Below are positions 9,088 through 18,476 of a stretch of DNA of 64,000 nucleotides, piece after piece. This stretch comes from a virus (Duplodnaviria > Caudoviricetes), in the IMG/VR virus record IMGVR_UViG_3300011113_000415; one strand, 5' to 3'. The notes below the pieces were generated by a model that did no database searches, was not told the DNA's origin, and saw nothing but the letters and a program-made list of their open reading frames with translations. Numbering within the stretch: the stretch's first letter is position 1; each line of letters begins with the position of its first letter. Made by a program: the position numbers and the translations under genes.

Positions 9088-10326
9088 ATGGAAAAAATTG
9101 GATTTATTGGGATTGGCAAATTGGGTCTCGATTGTGCCGAAGTCATGGCAGAAAAGCATGAAGTCAGAGGCTACGATATTTACCCACGAGTCAGTGACTC
9201 AGTAAAAGTTTGTGACATTGACGAATTGGTCAACGAAAGCGAATGGATTTTTATCGCTGTACCAACGCCACATGCAGAAGGCTATGATGGATCGGTTCCA
9301 TCAAGTCACATGGAACCTAGAGACTTTGGACACGACGCTGTGATTGACGCCATCAACAAAGTGAATACACATGCTTGTTCACCCAAAAAGGTTGTGTTGA
9401 TTTCCACAGTTCTGCCAGGAACCACACGCCGCAAGTTTTTTCCACTATTAGATCCTCAACATCAATTTTTGTACAATCCTTATCTTATTGCCATGGGATC
9501 GGTCAAATGGGACATGGTCAATCCCGAAATGATCATGATTGGCACAGAAGACGGTGCCTGGAACGGCGTGGCTGGCGAACTTAAAGATTTGTATGACACA
9601 GTGATGCAAAACAATCCACGTTATGAAATTGGCACCTGGGACGAGTGCGAATCAGTAAAGATATTCTATAACACATTTATTTCGGCCAAAGTTGGCCTGG
9701 TAAACATGATTCAAGACTTTGCATTACGTATTGGTAATATTGATGTTGATGTGGTCACAAATGCACTGGCACGAAGCACCATGCGTATCATGGGCCCCAA
9801 GTACATGACAGCCGGCATGGGCGATGCAGGTGCTTGTCATCCTAGAGACAACATTGCCTTGCGCTGGTTGGCAGAAGAATATGACATTGGTTATGATTTG
9901 TTTGACACCATCATGTATGCTAGAGAAATACAAGCAAAGAATCTTGCTCACTTTTTGGTTGATCAAGCCAAAGAACGCGGCATGAGTATTGTGATTCACG
10001 GCAAAGCCTACAAGCCCGATGTACCTTATTGTATTGGATCTTATTCTACCTTGGTTGGACACTATGTTAAAGAAGCAGGGTTTGGTGTGCGATATCTCGA
10101 TCCATTAGCAGATGATCCTACAGAAGTTATTTCTGAATTGGTTGGACCAGTTGTTATACTGTGGGCACACAATCGTAAAATCACGTATGAATACACCGGT
10201 GATCAACCTGATACACTGCCTTATTGTGCTATTCCTCAAGGTTGTGTGATTGTTGATCCATGGCGTAAACTTCCCCAGATTGAAGGACTGACTGTGGTCC
10301 ACTATGGCAACACCCGTAAAAAATAA
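9088..10326 (+). CDS. ugd: UDP-glucose/GDP-mannose dehydrogenase family protein
   Basis: GIGKLG Rossmann motif, IAVPTP, NPYLI, catalytic-type GACHPRD, GKAYKP. Confidence 0.88.
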   Translation: MEKIGFIGIGKLGLDCAEVMAEKHEVRGYDIYPRVSDSVKVCDIDELVNESEWIFIAVPTPHAEGYDGSVPSSHMEPRDFGHDAVIDAINKVNTHACSPKKVVLISTVLPGTTRRKFFPLLDPQHQFLYNPYLIAMGSVKWDMVNPEMIMIGTEDGAWNGVAGELKDLYDTVMQNNPRYEIGTWDECESVKIFYNTFISAKVGLVNMIQDFALRIGNIDVDVVTNALARSTMRIMGPKYMTAGMGDAGACHPRDNIALRWLAEEYDIGYDLFDTIMYAREIQAKNLAHFLVDQAKERGMSIVIHGKAYKPDVPYCIGSYSTLVGHYVKEAGFGVRYLDPLADDPTEVISELVGPVVILWAHNRKITYEYTGDQPDTLPYCAIPQGCVIVDPWRKLPQIEGLTVVHYGNTRKK

Positions 10327-10825
10327 TACCTGGGCCCGCGGGCATGTGGCACCTTGGTGGGGGTTACGTCATCGCGAGTTGGCCTATTTCAACGAAGCAT
10401 TTAATGATCCTGTGAGTCTCAGTGAATGGCGCAGTCTAGGTTATACGCAAAAGAAATTCACAGGGGATATGTACGACATGCGCATGCCCGAGCCCGAATG
10501 GATGCGACAGTTCTCAGATATTTTTCCATTTCAACATCTCAGTTGGAGCGTGTATCGCATGACACCAGGTTGTGTGTTGCCCACGCACAGCGACACTTAC
10601 ACTAGGTTCAAAGAAATATATGCTGTGCCACCTTCAGTCACAGTGGTGCGTACTATTGTGTATCTTGAAGACTGGGCAAGCGGTCACTACGGGGAAATGG
10701 CTGGAGAGCCCATCACAGGATGGCGTGCTGGGGATTGGGTAAGTTGGCATGATGACTTTCCGCACTTGGCAGCCAACATGGGCCGAACAGATCGTTATAC
10801 ATTGCAATTAACAGGAATATTATGA
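10304..10825 (+). CDS. Cupin or 2OG-Fe(II) oxygenase-like protein
   Basis: PTHSD (HxD) and distal HLAAN. Confidence 0.6.
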   Translation: MATPVKNNTWARGHVAPWWGLRHRELAYFNEAFNDPVSLSEWRSLGYTQKKFTGDMYDMRMPEPEWMRQFSDIFPFQHLSWSVYRMTPGCVLPTHSDTYTRFKEIYAVPPSVTVVRTIVYLEDWASGHYGEMAGEPITGWRAGDWVSWHDDFPHLAANMGRTDRYTLQLTGIL

Positions 10826-11733
10826 TATCAAGTGTCAACGAATGGAGTCCATTAAAAAAGATTGTAGTAGGCTCAGCCACTGATGCCAACTGGCCTGTTA
10901 ACGATCCTGTGTTCGCCAAAGAAAGTGAAAAAACAACCTGGAAAGAATCGCCTGTGCCACGTGGACCAGTTCCACAGCGTATAATTGAAGAAACCAATGA
11001 AGATCTAGATGTATTAACCACGACCTTGATGAGTCTAGGCGTCGAAGTTGTACGCCCAGATCCACTCAATTTTCAAGTTCACGATGGCATGTACAATTAT
11101 TGCCCACGTGACAGGCTGCTGGTGTATGGATCCACAGTGATCGATACCGCCATGATGTATCCTTGTAGAGACATGGAATTGCAATGTTATCATGACTTGA
11201 TACAAAATGCTGACGTTGTCCGCATGCCACGTGATCAAGGCATGGTGTTGGATGCAGCCAATGTATGCAGATTGGGCGATCGCATGTTGTTCTTGGAATC
11301 AGCGTCAGGAAATCGTAAAGCATACCAATGGTTGTGTGATAAGTTTCCTGATGTAAGCATAGAACTCTGCAATTTCTATGCTGGGGTGCATATTGATTCA
11401 ACCATTGTTCCGTTACGTGAAGGCCTGGTCATGCTGAATTCTAGCCGTGTGACGTTTGACAATGTACCACATGTGTTTGATGGTTGGCACAAGATCTGGG
11501 TCAACGACGTGGTAGCACAGGACTTCTATAAATATCCTTATGCATCAAAATGGATAGCCATGAACATGTTGGTAGTTGACCCCCACACTGTTATTTGTGA
11601 TCGGAACCAAACTGAATTGATTAAAACTTTACGGAGTTATCGATTTGAAGTCATTCCTCTTGAATTACGTCACAGTCGCACACTAGGCGGCGGATTTCAT
11701 TGTGTTACATTAGACCTGCATCGTGAGTCATGA
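10822..11733 (+). CDS. Amidinotransferase (glycine/inosamine-phosphate amidinotransferase family)
   Basis: NEWSPL, YCPRD, HIDST, GGGFHCVTLD catalytic motifs. Confidence 0.9.
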   Translation: MISSVNEWSPLKKIVVGSATDANWPVNDPVFAKESEKTTWKESPVPRGPVPQRIIEETNEDLDVLTTTLMSLGVEVVRPDPLNFQVHDGMYNYCPRDRLLVYGSTVIDTAMMYPCRDMELQCYHDLIQNADVVRMPRDQGMVLDAANVCRLGDRMLFLESASGNRKAYQWLCDKFPDVSIELCNFYAGVHIDSTIVPLREGLVMLNSSRVTFDNVPHVFDGWHKIWVNDVVAQDFYKYPYASKWIAMNMLVVDPHTVICDRNQTELIKTLRSYRFEVIPLELRHSRTLGGGFHCVTLDLHRES

Positions 11734-12284
11734 ACATCGCATGGTTGTTTGCTGAAAACACCCTGCTACCTCCTGCCACAGACGTACAGGCCATAAAGAA
11801 TGTGGCACCCATATGGGGATCCTGGCGCACACAACGTGGCTATCAGACAGACAATGTGATCTGCTGGGACTCCGAACAAGCCACCCAGTTGGTGTCACAA
11901 GGTTACGGTGCTATCTGCAATCTGTTCATACACCAGACGGTTTATGATAAATTAGGCAAACCGAACAATGTACGTGTGTTTGGTGGAGAATTTGTGCATG
12001 AGGTAGATTCTCACGATGATGTTGTGGGCATGCACTTGGTGGCCAGCGCCGCAGATGTCATACTCATGGTGGGATTCGACTTTACCGAACCAAAGAATCT
12101 CACAGAATCCCGAACCAATTATCTGGGTCTGGCAGCACAAGTGGTACAAGATCACCCGCGACAGCAGTGGGTCATGATTGATCATCCAACCGAATTAGCC
12201 AAACCGTTCGTAGGGCTGGAAAATATCACTTGCGATTCAATGAAAAATGTGTTACAATTACTGATGTTAAACACAACCGAATAA
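11730..12284 (+). CDS. Hypothetical protein
   Basis: 184 aa ORF with ATGA overlap; ILMVGFDF segment. Confidence 0.7.
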   Translation: MNIAWLFAENTLLPPATDVQAIKNVAPIWGSWRTQRGYQTDNVICWDSEQATQLVSQGYGAICNLFIHQTVYDKLGKPNNVRVFGGEFVHEVDSHDDVVGMHLVASAADVILMVGFDFTEPKNLTESRTNYLGLAAQVVQDHPRQQWVMIDHPTELAKPFVGLENITCDSMKNVLQLLMLNTTE

Positions 12285-12287
12285 TGT

Positions 12288-13316
12288 ATGACTGCTAGAA
12301 TTGGTTTTTGTTGTAAATGGCTCAATGATCCTTCAGAATGCGGGGGCATGAAAGTCAATGCAAAAGATCGTGATCTCAACGGCAGATCAACTACCATGCG
12401 TTGGCTTCGTGAGCACCCTGAAGATGCTGATCAGCGCCAATGGGATATTATGAACCACAATGCCTCAGCCGCGGTGCGATTGATTGAGCGTGTGGCTACC
12501 TTGCCCGAGGGTCGTAGAATGGTACGACTTGGTAGTGAGATGCTACAAGGCTACACTGAACCCAATTGGATTGACTGGTGGCAACGCACAGAAATACAAG
12601 ATCATTGTGCAAAAATTTTTGCACCTGTTGGCGAGGCCGCTAGACGGCTGGGTGTGCGACTGAGTTTTCATCCTGGACAGTTTTGTGTACTGGCCTCAGA
12701 ATCGGACGAAATCGTAGAACGATCAATCTTGGAATTTGAATATCATGTGGACATGGCTCGTTGGATGGGCTATGGTAAGACCTGGCATGATTCGGGATTC
12801 AAGATCAATGTGCATTTATCGGGCAAAGGTGGTCCCGCTAAATTCTTGCAGACACTAGGGCGACTCACGCCTGAAGCAAGAAACTTGATAACCATCGAGA
12901 ATGACGAGATGACAAATGGATTGGACACTACTTTGGCTGTGGCTCAGCATGTGGCTCTTGTGTTGGATTTGCATCATCATTTTATCATGACTGGGGAATA
13001 TATTTCGTCAGATGATGATCGAATTTCTTATATTGTTGACTCTTGGCGCGGTGTCCGTCCTGCACTTCATTACTCACTGAGCCGAGAAGATGAGTTGATT
13101 GACCATGATTCTAAAATTCGACCGAATCTTTCTGAACTTCTGGCCATTGGTCATAAGAAGCAAAAACTTCGAGCACATTCAGACTTTATGTGGAACAATG
13201 CATGCAACGAATGGGCCCTTACTCATTTAGATTGGGCAGATATCCAAGTTGAAGCAAAAGGAAAAAATCTAGCGAGTCAACAATTATTTGAGTTCTGGAA
13301 AGGCCTTGAAAAATAA
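12288..13316 (+). CDS. uvsE: UV damage endonuclease UvsE/UVDE
   Basis: RLSFHPGQF, NVHLSG, IENDE, LDLHHH, HYS, RAHSD, VEAKGK. Confidence 0.92.
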   Translation: MTARIGFCCKWLNDPSECGGMKVNAKDRDLNGRSTTMRWLREHPEDADQRQWDIMNHNASAAVRLIERVATLPEGRRMVRLGSEMLQGYTEPNWIDWWQRTEIQDHCAKIFAPVGEAARRLGVRLSFHPGQFCVLASESDEIVERSILEFEYHVDMARWMGYGKTWHDSGFKINVHLSGKGGPAKFLQTLGRLTPEARNLITIENDEMTNGLDTTLAVAQHVALVLDLHHHFIMTGEYISSDDDRISYIVDSWRGVRPALHYSLSREDELIDHDSKIRPNLSELLAIGHKKQKLRAHSDFMWNNACNEWALTHLDWADIQVEAKGKNLASQQLFEFWKGLEK

Positions 13317-13451
13317 ATGTGTTCGATTTTTCAACTTGAAGCAGACTCCTCTACCAACACCTAACTGAATAGATACTTGGTCTGCTGAAATTCCTTTGTT
13401 AAAATAACCTGGCCAGCCAACAGTTGTACGACCAAGCCAATAAATAATCAT
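13284..13451 (-). CDS. Possible small protein (55 aa)
   Basis: Manually translated MIIYWLGRTTVGWPGYFNKG...; fills an otherwise empty gap; no SD. Confidence 0.3.
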   Translation of the reverse strand: MIIYWLGRTTVGWPGYFNKGISADQVSIQLGVGRGVCFKLKNRTHLFFKAFPELK

Positions 13452-13464
13452 TTAAGGAGCCAGC

Positions 13465-13761
13465 ATGCGTGAATTTGCGCTGGCGTTCCTATTTTGCTTG
13501 ATCAGCACCATAGCCAACGCTCAAATCAACCTAGACAAACCAGTATACTGTGATTCTGCCACAACAATATTGCAGATAATAAAAGACCGATACCGAGAAA
13601 CACCAGTCTGGATAGGCAGTCAAAGCAGTGGTATCATAATGTTGACCTTGAACGAAACCACACAGTCCTGGACCTTGCTGGAACTCTATGATGAATTGGC
13701 CTGCATACTTGGCACAGGAAAAGCATTCAACACTATGCAAAAAACACGCCCTGTTCTGTAA
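13465..13761 (+). CDS. Secreted hypothetical protein
   Basis: AAGGAG SD, signal peptide, two Cys. Confidence 0.75.
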   Translation: MREFALAFLFCLISTIANAQINLDKPVYCDSATTILQIIKDRYRETPVWIGSQSSGIIMLTLNETTQSWTLLELYDELACILGTGKAFNTMQKTRPVL

Positions 13762-13790
13762 CAAAATTGTAACACACTTTGGCCTAAATA
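13756..13790 (+). promoter_or_regulatory. Pho box plus late-type -10 upstream of pstS
   Basis: CTGTAAC-AAAA-TTGTAAC (11 bp period), then 11 nt, then TAAATA (13785-90). Confidence 0.75.
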
Positions 13791-13812
13791 ATTGTCTAAC
13801 AAGGAGATTCTA

Positions 13813-14814
13813 GTGAAACAATTATTTGCAATCGTATTAGCGGCATTGACATTATCAGCGTCAGCACAGATCACAGGTGCTGGTGCAACATTTCCATACC
13901 CCATCTACTCAAAGTGGGCAGAACTTTATAACCGGGAAACTGGCGTAACACTCAACTATCAATCCATTGGATCCAGTGGCGGCATTCGTCAAATTGATGC
14001 TAAAACAGTCACCTTTGGTGCCAGTGATGCACCTGTTGCCGGAGACAAGTTGGCCGCAAACGGTCAAGTACAATTTCCAGCAATCATTGGTGGTACAGTT
14101 GCTATTGTTAATTTGGATGGTTTCAAACCAGGCGAACTACGTATCACAGGGCCTGTATTAGCAGAAGTATTTTTAGGCGAAATCTCTAAATGGAATGACC
14201 CAAAGTTAACAGCACTTAACCCGGGTAAAAAATTACCTGACTTGGAAATTACTATTGTGCATCGTGCAGACGGGTCTGGAACAACATTCAACTGGACAGA
14301 TTATTTAACAGCAGTAAGTACCAAGTGGGCTGAGAAGGTAGGTAAAGGTGCCGCAGTCAAATGGCCAGCAGCCTCATCAGTGGGTGGCAAAGGCAACGAA
14401 GGCGTGGCCGCCAACGTACAACGTGTTAAAGGCTCAATCGGCTATGTTGAATATGCTTATGTTAAAAAGAACAACTTGACTTTCTTGCAATTGCAAAATA
14501 AGTCAGGCAAGTATGTTAGTCCAGATGACCTAACATTTGCTGCCGCGGCAGCAGGTGCTGATTGGTTCTCAGTCCCTGGTATGGGCGTGAGTATTGTGGA
14601 TCAAAAGGGCGATACTGTATGGCCCATAAGCACAGCCAGTTTCATCATCATGTACCGAGATCCCGCAGACAAAAAAGCCAGCCAGGACGCACTAAAATTC
14701 TTTGACTGGGCATTCAAGAATGGTAAGAAAGCCGCAGAGGAATTGGATTATGTAGCATTACCTGATAGCCTGACCCGACAAATTCGCGAGCGGGTTTGGA
14801 GTCAGATTAAATAA
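13813..14814 (+). CDS. pstS: Phosphate ABC transporter substrate-binding protein PstS
   Basis: ITGAGATFPYPIY, YQSIGSSGG, HRADGSGTT, IGYVEY; GTG start after AAGGAG. Confidence 0.97.
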   Translation: MKQLFAIVLAALTLSASAQITGAGATFPYPIYSKWAELYNRETGVTLNYQSIGSSGGIRQIDAKTVTFGASDAPVAGDKLAANGQVQFPAIIGGTVAIVNLDGFKPGELRITGPVLAEVFLGEISKWNDPKLTALNPGKKLPDLEITIVHRADGSGTTFNWTDYLTAVSTKWAEKVGKGAAVKWPAASSVGGKGNEGVAANVQRVKGSIGYVEYAYVKKNNLTFLQLQNKSGKYVSPDDLTFAAAAAGADWFSVPGMGVSIVDQKGDTVWPISTASFIIMYRDPADKKASQDALKFFDWAFKNGKKAAEELDYVALPDSLTRQIRERVWSQIK

Positions 14815-14860
14815 ACAAACCGAGTGCAACGATAGAGTACTGCTGGAACTCGTAACCAGC

Positions 14861-14892
14861 AAATACCCCATTTTTTTTGGGGTATTTTTTTT
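14861..14892 (+). terminator. Intrinsic terminator after pstS
   Basis: AAATACCCCA/TGGGGTATTT stem followed by T-run. Confidence 0.75.
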
Positions 14893-14917
14893 GTACGTAA
14901 CGATTATAAATATCTGT

Positions 14918-15082
14918 ATGAGTTGGTTCAAAAGAATACCGCACAGATATCCACCCACAACTGCCGCACCCACACCCTATAGGTCCAGCCCTGCTACAGA
15001 TCTAGCACTGGAACAAGCCAAAGCGACCCGCCCAAAATCTCGTAAAAAATCAGTCAAAAAACACCCACTAAATAAGGGATGA
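14918..15082 (+). CDS. Small basic hypothetical protein
   Basis: ATG 5 nt after TATAAATA (14905-12). Confidence 0.55.
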   Translation: MSWFKRIPHRYPPTTAAPTPYRSSPATDLALEQAKATRPKSRKKSVKKHPLNKG

Positions 15083-15723
15083 AACCCACTATAGCACTGT
15101 TCCTACATCATCCTAGGACTTCGGTGCAGAGTGGAAACGCTGTAATGCAAGCCTTGCGTGAGCATTATCATTTCAAAATATTCACACGCCACGAACTCGA
15201 ATCCGAGTTCTTCAATGATGTAGACTGTGTGGCCTTTCCAGGCGGCATAGGCGATTCAGATTCCTATGACTGGTTGTTCAGAGTCAACGGCCCTGTGATA
15301 CGTAACTACATGGCTCGGGGTGGTAGATATCTTGGCATCTGTATGGGTGCTTACTGGGCAGACGCAGACTACTTTGACATACTAGATGGAGTGCGGGCAG
15401 AACAGTATATTCGAAGACCCGGCACAGACACACGTCGTCCACATGCCAAAGCAGCCAGCATAACTTGGCAAGGCAACCCTGAGCGCATGTATTTTTATGA
15501 TGGCTGTGCCTTGGTGGGTGACGAATCTAGATTTGAAACTGTGGCCAGATATGCCAATGGTGATGCCATGGCCATCATACAAAATCGTGTGGGCCTGATT
15601 GGTTGCCATCCTGAAAGTGTTGAGTTTTGGTACGACAAGAGATATTTAAAACAACATTGGCATCATGGTCGCCATCATCAATTGTTACTAAATTTTGTAA
15701 ATCGATTATTTGTAACAAAATAG
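15079..15723 (+). CDS. Class I glutamine-amidotransferase-like (BPL_N-type) protein
   Basis: FPGGIG, GGRYLGICMGAY, CHPE. Confidence 0.8.
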   Translation: MKPTIALFLHHPRTSVQSGNAVMQALREHYHFKIFTRHELESEFFNDVDCVAFPGGIGDSDSYDWLFRVNGPVIRNYMARGGRYLGICMGAYWADADYFDILDGVRAEQYIRRPGTDTRRPHAKAASITWQGNPERMYFYDGCALVGDESRFETVARYANGDAMAIIQNRVGLIGCHPESVEFWYDKRYLKQHWHHGRHHQLLLNFVNRLFVTK

Positions 15724-15744
15724 TCACATGATTTTGCCTAAATA
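15710..15744 (+). promoter_or_regulatory. Pho box plus late-type -10 upstream of plcP-like gene
   Basis: TTGTAAC-AAAA-TAGTCAC, then 11 nt, then TAAATA (15739-44); same geometry as pstS. Confidence 0.65.
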
Positions 15745-15748
15745 CAGC

Positions 15749-16534
15749 ATGCTGAAAACGTATCGCAGTATTTTTATCAGTGACGTACATCTAGGCACAA
15801 GAGATTGCAAGGCAGAAGAACTCAACAACTTTCTAAAACACAACTCATGCGATACCTTGTATCTTGTGGGTGACATTATAGATGCCTGGAAAATTCAACA
15901 AAACAAATGGCGATGGAAACAAACCCACACCAATGTTGTCCGTCGTGTGCTAGGTCATGCCAAGCGCGGTACTCGTGTGGTATTCATAGCAGGCAATCAC
16001 GACGAGTTTTTAAGACCAATGATACCATATGGATTCAGTTTTGGCTTGATAGAAATTGTCAATCAAACTGAACACATAGGTGTAGATGGTCGGCACTATC
16101 TTGTGGTGCATGGTGACCTGTTTGATGGTATCACAAGACTAGCACCGTGGATTTCATTCTTAGGAGATCGAGCATATGACTTTATTCTTGCGCTTAATAG
16201 CCGATTCAATTGGCTACTGCATCGTTTTGGTATTGGGTACTTTAGTCTTAGCCAGTACCTTAAAAAGCGAGTGAAAAAAGCAGTAGACTTTATTTTTCAC
16301 TTTGAAAAAAATCTAGCCAGTTACTGTCGAAAGCGTGGCTACGATGGTGTTATATGTGGACACATACACCACGCAGAAATAAAAGAAATAGATGGCGTGG
16401 TCTACATGAATGACGGAGACTGGGTAGAGTCATGCACTGCCCTGGTAGAACATCACGATGGACGATGGGAGATTGTAACATGGACACGAAGAAATGACAA
16501 AGAAGATATTAATGGTCACGGACAATGTTCCTGA
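15749..16534 (+). CDS. plcP: PlcP-like phospholipase C (LpxH-like metallophosphoesterase)
   Basis: FISDVHLG, LVGDIID, AGNHDEF (His-type, unlike GNRD of E. coli LpxH), HGDLFD, CGHIH, YMNDGDWVESCTAL; next to a GT4 gene. Confidence 0.75.
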   Translation: MLKTYRSIFISDVHLGTRDCKAEELNNFLKHNSCDTLYLVGDIIDAWKIQQNKWRWKQTHTNVVRRVLGHAKRGTRVVFIAGNHDEFLRPMIPYGFSFGLIEIVNQTEHIGVDGRHYLVVHGDLFDGITRLAPWISFLGDRAYDFILALNSRFNWLLHRFGIGYFSLSQYLKKRVKKAVDFIFHFEKNLASYCRKRGYDGVICGHIHHAEIKEIDGVVYMNDGDWVESCTALVEHHDGRWEIVTWTRRNDKEDINGHGQCS

Positions 16535-17501
16535 TCAAATAAATGGTGTCAACACAACTTATCAAAATATCGAGAAGTATGCAATTTTGGATGATTATAT
16601 TATCCATACTCTTCATCCCGGGTGCTTCCGCTACATTGATTGTCCTAAATATAACGAAGTCAAACTTGCCATTCCAAGCAAGATGGGACAGAAGATTGAG
16701 GAGATATCTCCGGATTATATACACATCCAAACAGAAGGTCCTCTTGGTCTGTGGGCTAGAAAGTATCTTTCAATATGTGGTTATAGGTACAACACCGCTT
16801 ATCATACTAAGTTTCCTGAAGGGCTAAAGAAACTGTTTGGTATTCCTGAATTGGTGACATGGCCTCTAGTGCGTTGGTTTCACAAACACTCAGGCAAAGT
16901 GTTGACCACAACTGATAGCATGGTAGCGGAATTGCGCTCACATGGATTCCGGGGCGAAATTGTGTCATGGACACGTGGAGTTGATCGTGAGATATTTCGA
17001 CCCGAACTCAGACAAAACTTTCCTGCCAAGTATTTACTGTGCGTAAGTCGTGTGAGCAAGGAAAAAAATCTAGAAGCATTCTTGGACCTGGACTATCCTG
17101 GCTATCAAAAAATCATGGTAGGTGATGGCCCCATGTTGGAAACATATCGCGAACAGTATCCCGATGTCACATTCTCCGGATTCAAAACAGGTACGGAACT
17201 TGCTAGATATTATGCCAATGCTGAAGTATTTGTATTTCCCAGTCAATGGGAAACATTTGGTATTGTCATGATCGAAGCCATGGCCTGCGGAACTCCAGTG
17301 GCTGCTTATCCCGTTCAAGGTCCGGAGGATGTTGTAGATGAAGGCGTGACAGGTTGTTTGAATTCCAATCTCAAGCAGGCAGTTACTGATTGTTTGTTTT
17401 TAAATAGACAACAGGTATGGTCTGGCAGCCAACGTTGGTCATGGCAACGTGCGTGGGAAATATTCAGAGACAACCTAGTTCCAGCAAAGCCACAAAAATA
17501 A
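16494..17501 (+). CDS. GT4 glycosyltransferase (Agt-like glycolipid synthase)
   Basis: VTDNVPDQINGV, HIQTEGPLG, YHTKFPE, RVSKEKN, ETFGIVMIEAMACG. Confidence 0.8.
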   Translation: MTKKILMVTDNVPDQINGVNTTYQNIEKYAILDDYIIHTLHPGCFRYIDCPKYNEVKLAIPSKMGQKIEEISPDYIHIQTEGPLGLWARKYLSICGYRYNTAYHTKFPEGLKKLFGIPELVTWPLVRWFHKHSGKVLTTTDSMVAELRSHGFRGEIVSWTRGVDREIFRPELRQNFPAKYLLCVSRVSKEKNLEAFLDLDYPGYQKIMVGDGPMLETYREQYPDVTFSGFKTGTELARYYANAEVFVFPSQWETFGIVMIEAMACGTPVAAYPVQGPEDVVDEGVTGCLNSNLKQAVTDCLFLNRQQVWSGSQRWSWQRAWEIFRDNLVPAKPQK

Positions 17502-17555
17502 ATTACTCATATTGTGTGTGCTTTTATTTTTAGCACCCAAGTTTAAATACTGTCT

Positions 17556-17696
17556 ATGAGCAGTATTTTTGAAGAACTGAATGATCTTATAACTAAGTCA
17601 TCAGTAGGCAAGGTATTGGGAGTCACTTTGATGGTCCTTGTTTTCTCTGGAGCCGTTGCTCTTGGTTTTGCCTATTGGATAACCCACAGGCATTGA
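17556..17696 (+). CDS. Small membrane protein (46 aa)
   Basis: Manual translation; one TM helix; ATG 6 nt after TAAATA. Confidence 0.5.
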   Translation: MSSIFEELNDLITKSSVGKVLGVTLMVLVFSGAVALGFAYWITHRH

Positions 17697-18476
17697 TCAT
17701 CGGCCGGTATAACGTTTGGGTTCTGCTTCATATCTACGTTGTGCTTCAGTCTTGGGAATGATACCAGTGCCCAATTGAGGATACTTTTCGATTCTATCTT
17801 GTATAATAAACGCAAACATCAGACCAATGCTTGCCGCAATAATTATGCCCATTACTCCCCATATGGCATTGGCCCAGATTGCATCTAGTCGACGACGTTT
17901 CCTAACCGCACGAACGTGATCTTGTTGCATTTGCTTGGCCACAAGTAATTTTTGTTGCTTGCCCATGACCTTCATCATCTCTTCCACTTCTGAATGCAAT
18001 GCACCCAGTTCAGGAGGCGATTGATATACCATTATCTCACGCAGTTCAGTGCCCATCTGTTCCAGTTGCTTGCGCATGAGCACACGTTGTAAGGCACGTT
18101 TGCCCAGACTGGCATCACCTTGATAGATTTCGTGTTGGCTGTGCTTTTCTTCTTCTTCAAAGATGGCCATGCACTTGTAGTAGTTGTCATAGTAGGCGCC
18201 CAAGTGCTCACCAAGTTCAGTATAGATACCTGTTGTTTCACCATCACGTTTGTTCAGTTCAATGATGCGATTTTTTTCTTCTACAAATTGTTTCCTGGCT
18301 TCAGGGCTGGGTGTTTTGCCCTTGGCCTCGTATGCGCCATGAAACTGCTCGTCGAGATCCTTGAGCACGGCTTTGACATCTCCGGCAGCACCTTTGATGT
18401 CTTTGTAGAGTTGGCAACCTTTTTTGACAGCAGCCACAGCACCATTGGCCAGGGCAAATAACGTTAACGGATCCAT
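17697..18476 (-). CDS. Coiled-coil protein with C-terminal TM helix
   Basis: MDPLTLFALANGAV start; TAATG coupling to the upstream ORF. Confidence 0.7.
   Translation of the reverse strand: MDPLTLFALANGAVAAVKKGCQLYKDIKGAAGDVKAVLKDLDEQFHGAYEAKGKTPSPEARKQFVEEKNRIIELNKRDGETTGIYTELGEHLGAYYDNYYKCMAIFEEEEKHSQHEIYQGDASLGKRALQRVLMRKQLEQMGTELREIMVYQSPPELGALHSEVEEMMKVMGKQQKLLVAKQMQQDHVRAVRKRRRLDAIWANAIWGVMGIIIAASIGLMFAFIIQDRIEKYPQLGTGIIPKTEAQRRYEAEPKRYTGR

Noticed and set aside
15749-16534. Annotation as lipid A enzyme LpxH
   Set aside because: GNHD rather than GNRD, Pho box and GT4 neighbour fit PlcP better; still needs phylogenetic confirmation
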